From Octopus vulgaris (taxonomy: Eukaryota): DNA of 64,000 bases. The number at the start of each line of letters is the position of its first letter. The stretch's first letter is position 1. A program made the translations under genes and the position numbers. Below the pieces are notes generated by a model that was not told where the DNA came from, ran no database searches, and saw only the letters and a program-made list of their open reading frames with translations. This document shows positions 39,022 to 53,278 of the stretch, piece by piece. Location of the stretch: positions 21,886,001 through 21,950,000 of the forward strand of contig OX597821.1 of assembly GCA_951406725.2 (NCBI GenBank), given 5' to 3'.

Positions 39022-39812
39022 ATATTGGTTTAAAATTTGGCACAACGCCAGCAATTTCGGGGTTGGGTAAGTCGATTACACCGACGCCAGTGTTCATCTG
39101 CTTTTCATTTTATCGAACCCCGAAAAGAAAGGTCGACCTCGGCGGAATTTGGACTGAGAACATACTGACGAACTAAATTAATCTTATTTCTTTATTGCCC
39201 ACAAGGGGCTAAACATAGAGAGAGGACAAACAATGACAAACAAAGGTATTAAGTCCATAACATCGACCCGAGTGCGTAACTGGTACTTAATTTATCGACT
39301 CCGAAAGGATGAAAGGCAAAGTCGACCTCGGCGGAATTTGAACTCAGAACGTAGCGGCAGACGAAATACCTATTTCTTTACTACTCACAAGGGGCTAAAC
39401 ACAGAGGAGACAAACAAAGACAGACAAAGATATTAAATCGATAACATTGACCCCAGTGCGTAACTGGTACTTAATTTATCGACCCTGAAAGGATGAAAGG
39501 CAAAGTCGACCTCGGCGGAATTTGAACTCAGAACGTAGCGGCAGACGAAATACCACTTAGCATTGGCGTGCTAGTAATTCTGCTAGCTAGCCGCCTTCAC
39601 TGTAGTCTGCAATACTGGTTTCAAATTTTGGCGCAGGAGTGGCTATAGGTGCAAGAGTGGCTGTGTGGTAAGTAGCTTGCTAACCAACCACATGGTTCCG
39701 GGTTCAGTCCCACTGCGTGGCATCTTGGGCAAGTGTCTTCTGCTATAGCCTCGAGCCGACCAATGCCTTGTGAGTGGATTTGGTAGACGGAAACTGAAAG
39801 AAGCCTGTCGTA

Positions 39813-39855
<43 letters not shown>

Positions 39856-40450
39856 GTGTGTGTGTGTGTTTGTGTGCTTGTGTTTGTCCCCCTAGCATTG
39901 CTTGACAACCGATGCTGGTGTGTCTACGTCCCCGTCACTTAGCGGTTCGGCACAAGAGGCCGATAGAATAAGTACTGGGCTTACAAAGAATAAGTCCCGG
40001 GGTCGATTTGCTCGACTAAAGGCGGTGCTCCAGCATGGCCGCAGTCAAATGACTGAAACAAGTAAAAGAGTAAAAGACTAAAAGAGTCCGCAACTCGTAC
40101 TTATTTCATTGACCGAGAAATGATGAAAGGCAAAGTCAACCTCGGCAGAATTTGAACTCAGGACATAAAGAATGGCGAAATTCTGCTTAGCTTGCTAACG
40201 GCTCTGCTAGCTCGCAACCTTAATCTTTTCAGTAATAATCCTTTCTACTATAGGCACAAGGCCTGAAATTTTGAGGAAGGGAGTTGTCGATTACATCGAC
40301 TCCTGTACGGATCTGGTACTTATTTCATCGACTCTGAAAGGATGAAAGTCGACCTCGGCGGAATTTGCATTCAAAGCGTAATGTCAGATGAAATTCCGAA
40401 ATAAGCATTTTACCCAGCGTACTCTAAGCTCTGCTAGCTCGCAACCTTAA
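39022..40450 (-). mobile_element. Stack of SINE family A copies/multimer, with a plus-strand SINE B nested at 39630-40087
   Basis: Repeated GAAAGGATGAAAGGCAAAGTCGACCTCGGCGGAATTTGAACTC. CAGTAATA-like junctions at about 39017, 40230 and 40457. Confidence 0.8.
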
Positions 40451-41243
40451 CGTGTCCAGTAATAATAGCCTGCCAAGATCGGACTTCTATTGAAAATCTT
40501 ATAATATTTATTAAGAATTAGATTTCGGAAATTTTTGCCGATGTTACTTCGTATGTTTCAATCATTAGGTGATTTTTACCATGAAATATTTCCTAGTCTA
40601 TTTTGATGCTTAGGCATGTGAGATCTATCTGTGTAAGGTATCCTATCTGTTGAGTCACTAATGCACAGAGCCTTATTATAATAACGAGTAGCATTAATAA
40701 ATGTGTTCTCATTTCAAGATAATATGCATTGCTAGAGACTTCTTTCTGTTGTTGGGTGCAGAAACTCGATACCGTTAACGTCAATCACGTATTTTTGCTG
40801 TGACCTAAACCATCAAATATCAATCTTACGTCTATCTATGTCTTATCTAAGGAATTACATTGTTATGAGGTAAATTTATCCGAGGTATTAGAGTATCGGA
40901 TGTCAAAATAGTACTTCAATGAGTGTACATACGCTCACGTATATCTCTTAAGTGATTTTACCAAGAAATTGGTAAGTTGTGATTTTTTGAAACTTGAGCC
41001 TGTTAAGTACTTTGGTAGAGCAGGATGATTGTTTACTATGCAACGGCCACCCGCTTCGCAGACTGATACAGATTTTTTATACCATACTTTGATGTAAGTC
41101 CTTCCTTTATCATCCTTCCACCAGTAACTCATCTGCGGCAGCAAGGTGATTCTCTTGATACGGGTGCGATGGATGTCCTCGAGTACCACAGTAGCTATGC
41201 ACTACGTGGTAACCACAACCGATAGCAATAATCAAGACCATTA

Positions 41244-41463
41244 AGGCGACCAACAGATAGAATCGTTAGCATGCCGGGCAAAATGCTGAGCGGCATTTTG
41301 TCTGTCTTTACGTTCTGAGTTCAAATTCCACCACCGAGGTCGATTTTACCTTTCATATTTTCGGGATCGATAAAACAAGTACCAGTTGAACACTGGGTTC
41401 CTTCAAATCGACTTAACTCCTCCTCCAACCTTGCTGGTCTGATGTAAAAAACTGAAACCAATA
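41244..41463 (+). mobile_element. SINE family A with TSD
   Basis: ATC(A/G)AGACCATTAAG at 41231 and 41464. Confidence 0.75.
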
Positions 41464-41679
41464 ATCGAGACCATTAAGAAAATTACTTTCCACAGCTTCT
41501 GCATGGTTTTTTTTCTTCCTTGGTTCTAAACAATCCTAGAAACCGTCCTGAAAGTCGTCCATTATTTGCCATCTTATGAAATAAGCATGAAAATTTGCGT
41601 CCTTAATCCGCATGGTATTAACTAATTAGGATCGGAGTTAAATATCCTTGGAAACGATGTATTTTGAATGCGGTGTAAA

Positions 41680-41955
41680 AAGGCAAAGACCCCATTCGGT
41701 CATGAATGACCATGGGATTACACCTAGAAAGTTATCCCCCGAGGCACAAGTCCGAGAATTGTTGTTTTATGGAAGTCCAGCAGCCGCCTATGCATGCTGG
41801 CCACGATTCTCCACGCCATCGATGTTATCCAAGGGAAGAGGCAAATGCCAATACAGTTTGGCACCAGTGACGTCACAACTCATTTCTACAGCTGAGTGAA
41901 CTGAAGCAGCGTGAAATAAAGTGTCTTGCTCAAGGACACAACACACAACCCGGTC
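41680..41955 (-). mobile_element. SINE family D
   Basis: Minus strand GTGTCCTTGAGCAAGACACTTTATTTCACG...TCACTCAGCTGTAGAAATGAG. Confidence 0.7.
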
Positions 41956-42357
41956 CAGTTGAGGTGTATAAGAATAAAAGCGAGGAAGATTCCTAACAAC
42001 ACTGAGCTCTTGAAACCATTGATAGTTCTGCATTGATGGCATATATACATGTGCGTGCATGTGTGTGAGTATGAGTGTGTGTGTGTGTGTGTGTGTGGTG
42101 GGGTACGGAGAATGAGAGAATATATGAATATTGTGAGCATACGTATGCTCACAATATGTATATGTGCTTATGTATGCATGTGCATATATATGGTTGGAAA
42201 ACATATATGTGATTTGGCTGATGAATACTTGACGTTATATTTGCTGTAATATTTGCAGCTTTAAATAAAAATGTTCTCAGTATGAAACAATCGTACCGAA
42301 TTACTGATCCATTCTTGTTACTTTTCTAAGCTATATATATATATATACTTTTCTAAG

Positions 42358-42583
<226 letters not shown>

Positions 42584-42627
42584 CTTAGAAATGATATACC
42601 TCGGCAGAATTTGAACTCAGGACATAA

Positions 42628-42727
42628 NNNNNNNNNNNNNNNNNNNNNNNNNNNNNNNNNNNNNNNNNNNNNNNNNNNNNNNNNNNNNNNNNNNNNNNNN
42701 NNNNNNNNNNNNNNNNNNNNNNNNNNN
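42628..42727. other. Assembly gap (100 N)
   Basis: Run of N. Confidence 0.99.
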
Positions 42728-42734
42728 GTCAGTA

Positions 42735-42990
42735 GGAGGCGCAATGGCCCAGTGGTTAGGGCAGCGGACTCGCTGTCGGAGGATCGCGATTTCGATTACC
42801 AGACCGGGCGTTGTGTTTGTTTATTGAGCGAAAACACCTAAAGCTCCGGCAGGGGGGGAAAGACACCTATTGCACTCTTTCACCCCAACTTTCTCTCACA
42901 CTTTCTTCCTGTTTCTTTAGTAACGCTGGCGTCCCGTCCAGCTGGGAGGAACACATACGCCATAGAAACCGGGAAACCGGGCCCATGAGC
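42735..42990 (+). mobile_element. SINE family E
   Basis: GGAGGCGCAATGGCCCAGTGGTTAGGGCAGCGGACTCG head. Confidence 0.8.
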
Positions 42991-43408
42991 CTTGGGTGTG
43001 GTGTACATATATACGTATGAGTAATTATGTGAATATGTATATGCTTAGATGCGTGTTAGAGTACAGGGAGAGATAGAGGTAGGCAGACAATAAGACAGAG
43101 AAATATGTTCACTGAAAAATTTATTGTTAGAGATCTGTTGAATTTAAAGTGTCAAAGATTAATTTTAAAAAAATATGTGGCCCCTAATACTTAGATATAG
43201 TGCATTTCCCAGCTGATCACCGTAAATCCAGACACCCCTTCCTCCTCCTAGAGCACCACCTAAGTAAGTCTAAGATTATCAACACAGAATAATAACAGAT
43301 TATTTCTCCTTTACCAACGAAGAAAAACTAATTCAATGGAATTATAGGATCAACTCAATCTCTGTAATCTCTAATACATACAAACATACGTACACACACA
43401 TATATACG

Positions 43409-43458
<50 letters not shown>

Positions 43459-43557
43459 CATATATATTGTTTGATGCATGTAGGTATATGTGCTTAATAT
43501 ATATACATAAATATACATATAATATGCATGAATTTATACATATATATGTAGATACAC

Positions 43558-43621
<64 letters not shown>

Positions 43622-44299
43622 ATATGTATGTATTTATATATATATACATATATATACATATGTATATACATTTATATATACATATGTATGTATATATATA
43701 CACATGTACATATGTATGTATATACATATGTACGTATGTATGTATGCATGTATGTATGTATGTATGTATGTATGTATGTATGTATGTATGTATGTATGTA
43801 TGTATGTATGTATGTATGCATGTATGTAAGTATGTGAATTTTAATGAAATATAAATTCGCTGAACCAACTTCTACTGCCAATACACGCCGAAGAATACTA
43901 TGCTTCTGCTACTACTACTACTCTGGTTTCATGACTTTCTGACTTTAGATTAGCTTGAATATCACCATTGTTGGAGTCACCCCGATTGCTCGATCGTACG
44001 CCATGATGAAGAGAAACATTGCAAGTGAGAGGTGTCGATCGTTTCTCTCAAACTGATGAATGACAAGCTAACGGTAGCAGTAGCGAGCAGTGGCAAAGAA
44101 GCCGCAGCAACAGCACCTTTGAATCGCCATTCTCAAACAAGTTCAGATAATTCTTAAATCATCTACACACATACACCAGTTCATATATGCACGTGTATGT
44201 GTTTACATATGTTGATATAAGTATATATGTGAGTTTGGAAAAAAGCGAGTGCGAGCGTAAATATATGTGTGTTTATACACACACACACACACATATATA

Positions 44300-44386
<87 letters not shown>

Positions 44387-44804
44387 GTAGATAAATATAT
44401 ATGTATATATATATATATATATATGATTGAATATGTGTATATATACATGAATATATGTATATATATATACATATATATATATGTATGTATATATATGTGT
44501 GTGTGTATACGGCTGGATTTATAAATGTATTTGTGTATATATACATATAGTATGTATATATATATGTATATATATATATATACACATATGCATTTATACA
44601 TTTTATGTTGATATATGTGCATATTTATTTATGCATGTATGTGTGTATTTATGTTCTATATGTATACATATGTATATGTGTATACATGAATATAGGCATA
44701 CTAGTAATTATATTTTCATCATATTGTAATTTTGGAACGTGTGCGGCCTTCGTGTCTTTCACCTCCGTAGTTCTTATATATGTGAAGTATTTACACATGT
44801 ACGT

Positions 44805-44856
<52 letters not shown>

Positions 44857-44911
44857 TTATGTATACATGTATGCATGTTCGTATGTATCCGTATAGACGT
44901 ACACCTATTAC

Positions 44912-44963
<52 letters not shown>

Positions 44964-45726
44964 CACACATGCGCACACACAATTTTATTCATATAAACAT
45001 ACATGTTTCCGTGTTTCTGTATGTGTGCTTACATGCTCTAAACGGAAGACATCATATCACAGTCGAAAGCTAAAACAAAATGAAGAGACGCCATGACACA
45101 TCTATTTTGTTGCGTTTCTGCAAACGACAGCCAAATTGAAATCAATTTAGATTTACTCAATATCTAGTTATCTATTTGTTTCTATATAAGGAAAGGGGGG
45201 ACATTTCGGTGTCTCCACTCAACTGATTATTTATTTGTTTATTTAAACTATTAATTCATGTCTTTTGGATTTTATTCTCGTGTTGTTTGTTTGTTGTTAT
45301 TTCAGAGTTTCGTTTGTTTTGTTTTTTTTTTAAATTTTATTTTGTTATATATATATTTTTTTTTTCTTTTCCTTGCTTTTGTTTTGTTCTGTTTTGGTTA
45401 TTTGGCTATTTCCACTTTGAATGATTCTGCCGAAGTTTATAATTCCTTGAGAAAATTTCTGACTCAAATTCTCTTATCGTGTTTTACTTCTATGTGTGAG
45501 TAGGAACACATTTGCATGTATGTATACATTTATGTGCATATATCCATAGACAATATATTTGTCTATAGATATGGATATGGATATATATGTGAGTGAGAGT
45601 ATACATATATATATCCATGTATTTATGCATCTATCTCTCTATCTTATAGATATATACATAGATAGATAGATATAAATATATACGTGCGTGTGTGTGTAAA
45701 AATAAATATATACATATATAGATATA

Positions 45727-45772
<46 letters not shown>

Positions 45773-45876
45773 CAAATATATATACATATAAGTATACAGA
45801 TAGATAGATACATATATATTTACATACATGTAAACATATATTTTCATATACATACACATATTTATGTATACATAAT

Positions 45877-45933
<57 letters not shown>

Positions 45934-46469
45934 TACGAATAAACGAATATATATCCATATACATATATGCATATATACATAAATATAAATACACACACAA
46001 ACACATATACATACACACACACAAACACACACACACACGCACATATATATATTTATATATATCGTTTGCATGCTCATGCATATACATATCGTGCATGTTG
46101 AAAACCAATCCAAGTATTTGGAATTAGCAATTACTCGAAGACTCTGGAGATGCCGAAGAGCGTTTCATCTTCATTGGAACTTAATGACAGTTCTTACATA
46201 ACCATAACAACACCAACAACTCTACTAAATATAATAAGAACAACAAGAAGGAACAACAACAACAACAACAACAACAGCTGTATATTCTTCCCGTCGTCTT
46301 TTCTTTCCACTTTGAACGAATATCCTTCAGTGTGTTCATTTCTATGATAATAGTGTTTCGGTTCATTAAATAGACTGCGCTTGCAATATATTAGGCGCGC
46401 ACGCGCACGCGAACACACACACGCGCAGATATATATACAGTTATGGCATGCATGTATATATATATAAAA

Positions 46470-46517
<48 letters not shown>

Positions 46518-46608
46518 ATGTATATATATATATATGTATATATATATATGGATATATATACATACATATATATACACACACACATATAGATATACATATA
46601 TATATATA

Positions 46609-46653
<45 letters not shown>

Positions 46654-46776
46654 AAATACGACCGATTGTATATTTAAAGTAAGCTTGTCATAATAGGATT
46701 ATTATTTTACCTTGTTATTGTTTTGTTAATGCAATGCATTTGTTGATTGGCTGGTCTCACTGGATATGCGTACATA

Positions 46777-46820
<44 letters not shown>

Positions 46821-48108
46821 CTATGGAAATCCGCGCAAGGTTATCAGATTGCAGTCTCGTTTCCACAAATAAATTAATATACACCCAAACAGAAAGAATC
46901 ATCTAAATACAAACACATTCACACTTACTTCAAGCACACACACATACACTCACGCACACACTCACTCACAACCCACATATATGGACATGTATTCTCATGT
47001 AGATAGATATCTACCCGCTTAACCTCGTCCGCGCGTACTTACACTTATACACACATACTTTAGTGAGATGGGGAGAAGCATAGACAATCCAGATCGCCAA
47101 CAACGTACAGAAAACAGCGCCGTAAGAACAACACCACTATAAAGCACAACCAGAAAGTGCTTCTGTGGGGTACATCTACTAGCTTGATATAGTACCCTAG
47201 CCTCTCTAAAAATCATTGGAATTTTCCATCTCTTTGGAAAAGAAGGACATATTGGAAACTTTTATTTTTGGACAACGTTGGAATATGTTTATTAAGGAGT
47301 CAGCTGAATCAGGAATAGTCTCGAATTAAACAATAACGACAACAAGAAGGACAAATATCAATAATAGGAATTCTTTACATTTTTATTCTTCTGTTTTTCT
47401 TTCTTTATTTATTTTTGTTTTCCGTTTTTTAAATTGTTCGGAAGCTTGAAAAGACACGAAAGGAATTGAACCCTTTATGCTTGCCTTAACATCATTGTTT
47501 TTATCTATTTTATTTTATCATACATACTTATTTTTATCGTTACTGGAATTTTCAAAGTTCTCAACCCTACTTTCAAAATATATATCAAAGAAATGGAAAA
47601 GAGAGACGTTCAGAATTGAACTCCGTATCTTAACCTTTAAATAACCGCCATCTTGTTTGTTGCATTTAATTATCAAGGCAGACTTTAGTGTTACTATCAT
47701 TATTGTTGTTGCTGTTGTTTGTGTTGTTGATTTTACCGTATTTGCTCAGAATATGTCTTGTCAATGCTTCCTGCCTAATGGCTGACAAATTGCGAAATAT
47801 GGGAACATGTTCGTCAGTTCTTCATTTGGAAGGACGAAGGAGAATAAGAAGAAACAGAAAGAGGAGGAGGGGAAGAAGAAAAGAAGGAGGAGAACGCTAA
47901 AGAAAACAAGTGCTAAGAAGAAGGAAAAGCTTGAGGAGTTCAAAAACAATTAATTGAACGTGTGAAGTGGGAAATATACAATCATTTGTCTTGTTATTTT
48001 TGGTGTTGTAGTCCTTGCAAATATATAAGTTACAAAGTGTAATTGGGCAACAAAAAAAATAAGAAACGCACGTAGACATACACACACACACATACACATA
48101 CACACACA

Positions 48109-48151
<43 letters not shown>

Positions 48152-48564
48152 GTATATATATATAAACACATAAAATTGTAGGTGATGTAACTAAATATTT
48201 TAGGAATACAATCTCCAGTCTTGTATATATATATAAATTATAAACAGACACACACACACACACATTATATAGTGTACTCACTATATACGTACACATTCAA
48301 ACACAAACATTTGTTTTCTAATAGCTTTAACTTTTGGAAAAACAGATGCTTTTTATCGATCGATGTTTGAGCAGAGGTCATTTACCAGTTCCGACGATTT
48401 CCGAAGACGGATGACGAAGTATCACACATCTTTCTTCCAGTTGTACATAAACACATTTAAACACAACACTCGCTAGTTACACAGTGATCCCGGTGATTAC
48501 TATTGCAGTCTAAACACCTCAAAATCCCGCTGCCTTCCCCACCAACAGCAACACCGCCTCCCCC

Positions 48565-49180
48565 AGGCTGCCTATTTCCACGTAAGTGAAGGAACTCTAC
48601 TTTACGTTTCTACTTTGTAACCGAGAAGACTCCACCACCCCATGGTACCTATTTACGACCAACTTGGCTATAGTTTGCCATGACATTTACGTACAGCTTG
48701 AAGGACGGTATCATATATAGCTCCTCATGTTACAGCTAGACGAAGTGTACCTCTCCATGGTACCAATTTGTAACTAAATGGACTGTACCTTCACCGGATA
48801 CTTATATACAGCTGAAAGACTATACCTTCAAATGGTACCTATCTACAGATAAGTGAATACTTATAATACTTATATACAGCTAGATTGTCTATCTGCTTCA
48901 ACGTAATGCATATATATATATATATTTAAGTGGAATATATCTCAACAAATCTACTCACAGACATTACATATACCACTAACCGCTATCTATTTACAGCTAG
49001 AGGGACTCTCTATTTCAGCACAATGCATATTTATATTTAGATGAACTGTACCACTATACGATTCTTATTATTTGTTAGATAGATTGTACCATTCACATTA
49101 TACCTACTTCCACCTAGTTCGTCTGTACCTACGCATTTACAATTAGAAGGCTTGTGCCATCTACGTGGTACATACTAACA
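48565..49180 (+). repeat. Degenerate ~38-bp minisatellite
   Basis: CATGGTACCTATTTACAGCTAGATGGACTGTACC-like units at about 48641, 48679, 48717, 48756, 48795 and 48831. Confidence 0.7.
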
Positions 49181-49649
49181 AATGACCCATATACAGCAAA
49201 GTAGAGGCTAACACTCTATCTTACCACAGACTGAACAGGGTATCTCTCCCGGACGTTCACATCATATCCGTATAATTATTTCTACAGCATGTTAGTACTA
49301 TATAACTTTAGGTAAGGTACCTCATGATATATATATATATATTTATTAACCATACCTCTTATCTAACTGAGGACATCTGTTTCCAGCTATATTTGAAACG
49401 AAGTGGGCGCTGTTTAGTCTAAAACAGAGCACTGGTGATAAAATATAAATCGAGACACAAACATTTTTGTCGGTGTCATCGCTGTTGTTGCCTACTGTTG
49501 TTTTGCTTGGCTTTTATTGATTCTTAAACTCAGCGCTTTTAAAACACTGTCATAAACAGCATCTAAGCAAATTGAAAATATAAACACGCGTGCAGGCGCA
49601 CGCACACACACATTCACACACATATATACATACACACACGCACGCACAC

Positions 49650-49710
<61 letters not shown>

Positions 49711-49820
49711 TATATAAGTCTAACAAGCGTTAGACTAAAAAGTATGTAAGTATTTCGACATGCCTTGAGCATAGGAGAATCAGTGGTGAAAATATTTCAT
49801 TGACATTTCTGAAACATTCT

Positions 49821-50125
49821 TAAAACGCTGGCGAAAACACTGTTAAAATACAATCAAAATACTGTTAAACTACTCGTAAAACTCCGTTAAAACACAACGA
49901 TAATACTGCTTAATCATTGGTAAAACAGTGTTTAAACGTTATCAAAATATTGTTAAAACGTTGGTAAAATCATCATCGAAACGTTAGCAAAGTACTATTA
50001 AATCGCCAACAAAAATACCGTTAAAAGTTTTAAGTATTGTTAAAGCACTGGTTAGCACCATCATTAAAATACTGTTAGAACGTTCATAAAAACACCGTTA
50101 CAATACAAGCAAGAACTGTTAAATA
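49821..50125 (+). repeat. Degenerate 11-bp (22-bp higher-order) phased A-tract repeat
   Basis: AAAACACTGTT AAAATACAATC AAAATACTGTT AAACTACTCGT AAAACTCCGTT... Confidence 0.75.
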
Positions 50126-50552
50126 TTTTGCCAGAACTAATCTTGCAACAAATACGCAACCACAGCCCAATGATTTAAATAAAATTAACGAAAACCACCA
50201 ATAAGCAGGTTACATCAAGTTACTATAAACACGTGTTTATACCAAAATATTAAAATACCAAAATGTTTTCAGAAAGTATGATCCCTGGATTATTACCAAA
50301 ATGGATATTGGAAGGAATGGTGTACAGAGAAGGCGTAAGCAGCATTTTATATTGTTCATGTTTTGCTTTTTTGTATTAATGTTCTTTATGGAATACATGC
50401 GGACGTTTAATAAGCGATGAACTGGGTTTCATTTTTTGTGGGGAAGGCTATTTATCTATCATTACTTCATTAATTTTCTCGCATAGTCTCTTGGCACTCG
50501 TGATGTTTTTGTACACACGAATACAGTTATAATATATACATACATACATACT

Positions 50553-50612
<60 letters not shown>

Positions 50613-51094
50613 TGAATGCATACGGGGTTTAAATTTTACGACAGCTGTTTCAGGAAGATTTCTTTGATACTTTTATAGATTATATCATTGCATAGACCGT
50701 TCTACGTGCTAATGTACCTAGATTCAAATGAATCCTATATGTAATCTATATGTGTGTGTTCGAGTGTGTATGCGCGCGTATGCGTGTGTATACATGTATG
50801 TATTCATGTGTACACATGTATGTAGGGGTGTGCGTGTTTGTGTAGAGGCTTACTGATAAGAGAGTTGCTCTCATGACTGTATGATGAAGATTTCAATTTC
50901 TGGACAGGATGATGAGTTGTATTCTCGAGTAAAACACTTCATTTCACGTTACTCCAGTCCACTCAGATTTCAAATACATAGGTACATACATATGTATATT
51001 ACTATATATATACATGTATGTATATATATATATATATATATGAAACTACATATGCATATATGCATATTCCCGTATGCATATATATACATATATA

Positions 51095-51257
51095 GGTGCA
51101 GGAGTGGCTGTGTGGTAAGTTGCATGCTTACCAGCCACATGTTTCCGAGTTCATTCCCACTGCGTGGCACCTTGGACAGGTGTCTTCTACTGTAGCCTCA
51201 GGCCGACCAAAGCCTTGTGAGTAGATTTGGTGGACGGAAACTGAAAGAAGTCCGTCA

Positions 51258-51300
<43 letters not shown>

Positions 51301-51538
51301 GTGTCTGTGTGTGTGTGTTTGCGTGTGTCTGTGTTTCTCCACCCCCACCATCGCTTGACAACCGATGCTGGTGTGCTTACGTCCCCGTAACTTAGCGGTT
51401 CGGCAAAAGAGACCGATAGAATAAGTACTAGGCTTACAAAGAAGAAGTCCTGGTGTCGATTTGCTCGACTAAAGGCGGTGCTCCAGCATGGTCGCAGTCA
51501 AATGACTGAAACAAATAAAAGAGTAAAAGAGTAAAAGA
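51095..51538 (+). mobile_element. SINE family B, full length
   Basis: Head, internal (TA)/(TG) tract, tail ending (GTAAAAGA)n. Confidence 0.85.
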
Positions 51539-51977
51539 ATATATATATATAAGTGTGAGATCCAAGGATGGAGGTGTAGGAAGAAAGTTCGCCTCGAGCA
51601 ATCCTTAGTAAATATAAAAAGACAACTTTCAGGAACAACAGTGGTTTATTGAGACGAAAGGTTTATGGCGACCAGGTTTGCCGAGTGTGAGAAAAAGAAT
51701 ACACGAAAAATTAGGGCTACATATGTTTTATAGCGAGTGGACCCTCAGAAGTAGTAAAATCCAAGCTACTCTTCAGGTCAAGGATATCTTGATTAGATCA
51801 GAGGCTACATTTTCGCAAGGAGGTGCATTTTGACACAAAGAGTTGCCGGCGGTATACATCTCACTTTTGTTTTACCACCTCTGAGGTCCAACTCGCTATG
51901 AAGCATATGTAGCCCGAACCTTTCCTACTCCATTCCGTGACTCTTTTATATGTGTGTATGTGTGTGTGTGTGTGTGT

Positions 51978-52025
<48 letters not shown>

Positions 52026-52087
52026 AATAATAAATTTCATATGGGTCAGCCACATTTAGGTGGCAAATATACTTCGCGATATATATT

Positions 52088-52142
<55 letters not shown>

Positions 52143-52467
52143 ATGTATGTATGTATGTATGTACGTATGTATGTATACAGTATATATCTATGTGGTTGTG
52201 GTGGCGCTGATGGAACTGGTGATGTTTGTTGAGGTGCTGCTAATGCTCTTGTACTTAGCCACAGTGTTAGTGCCGTTAGTAGTGTCAGCATGAATGATTA
52301 CGTTCTGAGTTCAATTCCAACCGTCGATGTTATTAAAATTTCAATCTGATATGGTCGCTAAAATAAATACCAGCAATTTACACCCGTAAAAATAATAAGC
52401 AATTCTCCTTTGATAGAGAGGAATGAAAGAAAAACTCTCCTAATTTGATTTGAACTGAGAAGGTCTA

Positions 52468-52618
52468 CAGTGATGGTCAAACTGCGGCCCGCATAACTTT
52501 CTGAATGGCCCGCCTTACGGACAATAATTTAACTTGAATTATTTTAGTCGTGCTGCTTGCTTGATAACGAACCAGGTCCCAAGCAGCCTGGTTCTCGAAA
52601 TCCAGGTTACCCATGCCT
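52468..52618. mobile_element. hAT-type MITE remnant
   Basis: CAGTGATGGTCAAACTGCGGCCCGC...GGTTACCCATGCCTG. Confidence 0.45.
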
Positions 52619-52847
52619 GTTATGGAGGAACAAAACTAAACTCTATAAATTACAGACATTTTTCAGCTACTGCACTGCCCTCTGTCGTAAGATAAAGTAA
52701 ATAAACAAATACTAATTACGAGATTATGAAGATTGCATTAACGAATTAAACCCAAGCAAGCGTGATTGGTAATCAGGATAATCTTTATTACACTTATATA
52801 ATTAAACTTTTGATGTAGAAGCCAATGACGGGATTGTTGGATATTCT

Positions 52848-53278
52848 TTTGTTCTTTTACATTTTTCAATTATTAGACTGCGACCATGCTGGAGCATCAC
52901 CATGAAGTATTTTTAGTCGAACAAATCGACCCCTGTACATTTTCTTTTTTTTAAGCCTGGTACTTATTCTATCGTTCTCGTTCACCGAACCGCTAGGTTA
53001 CGAGGATGTAACAAGTCATCACCGGCTGTCAAGCGGCGGTGGAGGTCAAACACATACACAAATACACACACGCACGTACACGTACACACACACGCACACA
53101 CGTGCGCACATATATATATACGACTTGCTTCTTTCAGTTTCCTTCTACCAAATCCACTCACAAGGCATTGGTCGGCCCGAAGCTATAGTAGAAACCACTT
53201 GTCCAACGTGCCATGCAGTGGAACTGAACCCAGAACCATGTGTTTGGGAAGCAAGCTTCTTACAACACAGTCACGCCT
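52848..53278 (-). mobile_element. SINE family B
   Basis: Diverged reverse complement of family B. Confidence 0.8.

Noticed and set aside
41025-41075. CEAGGRC resembling a nuclear-receptor D-box
   Set aside because: The remaining zinc-finger cysteines and the P-box are absent.
44006-44058. SECIS-like ATGA...AA...GA
   Set aside because: The GA quartet is not adjacent to the stem and there is no selenoprotein ORF.
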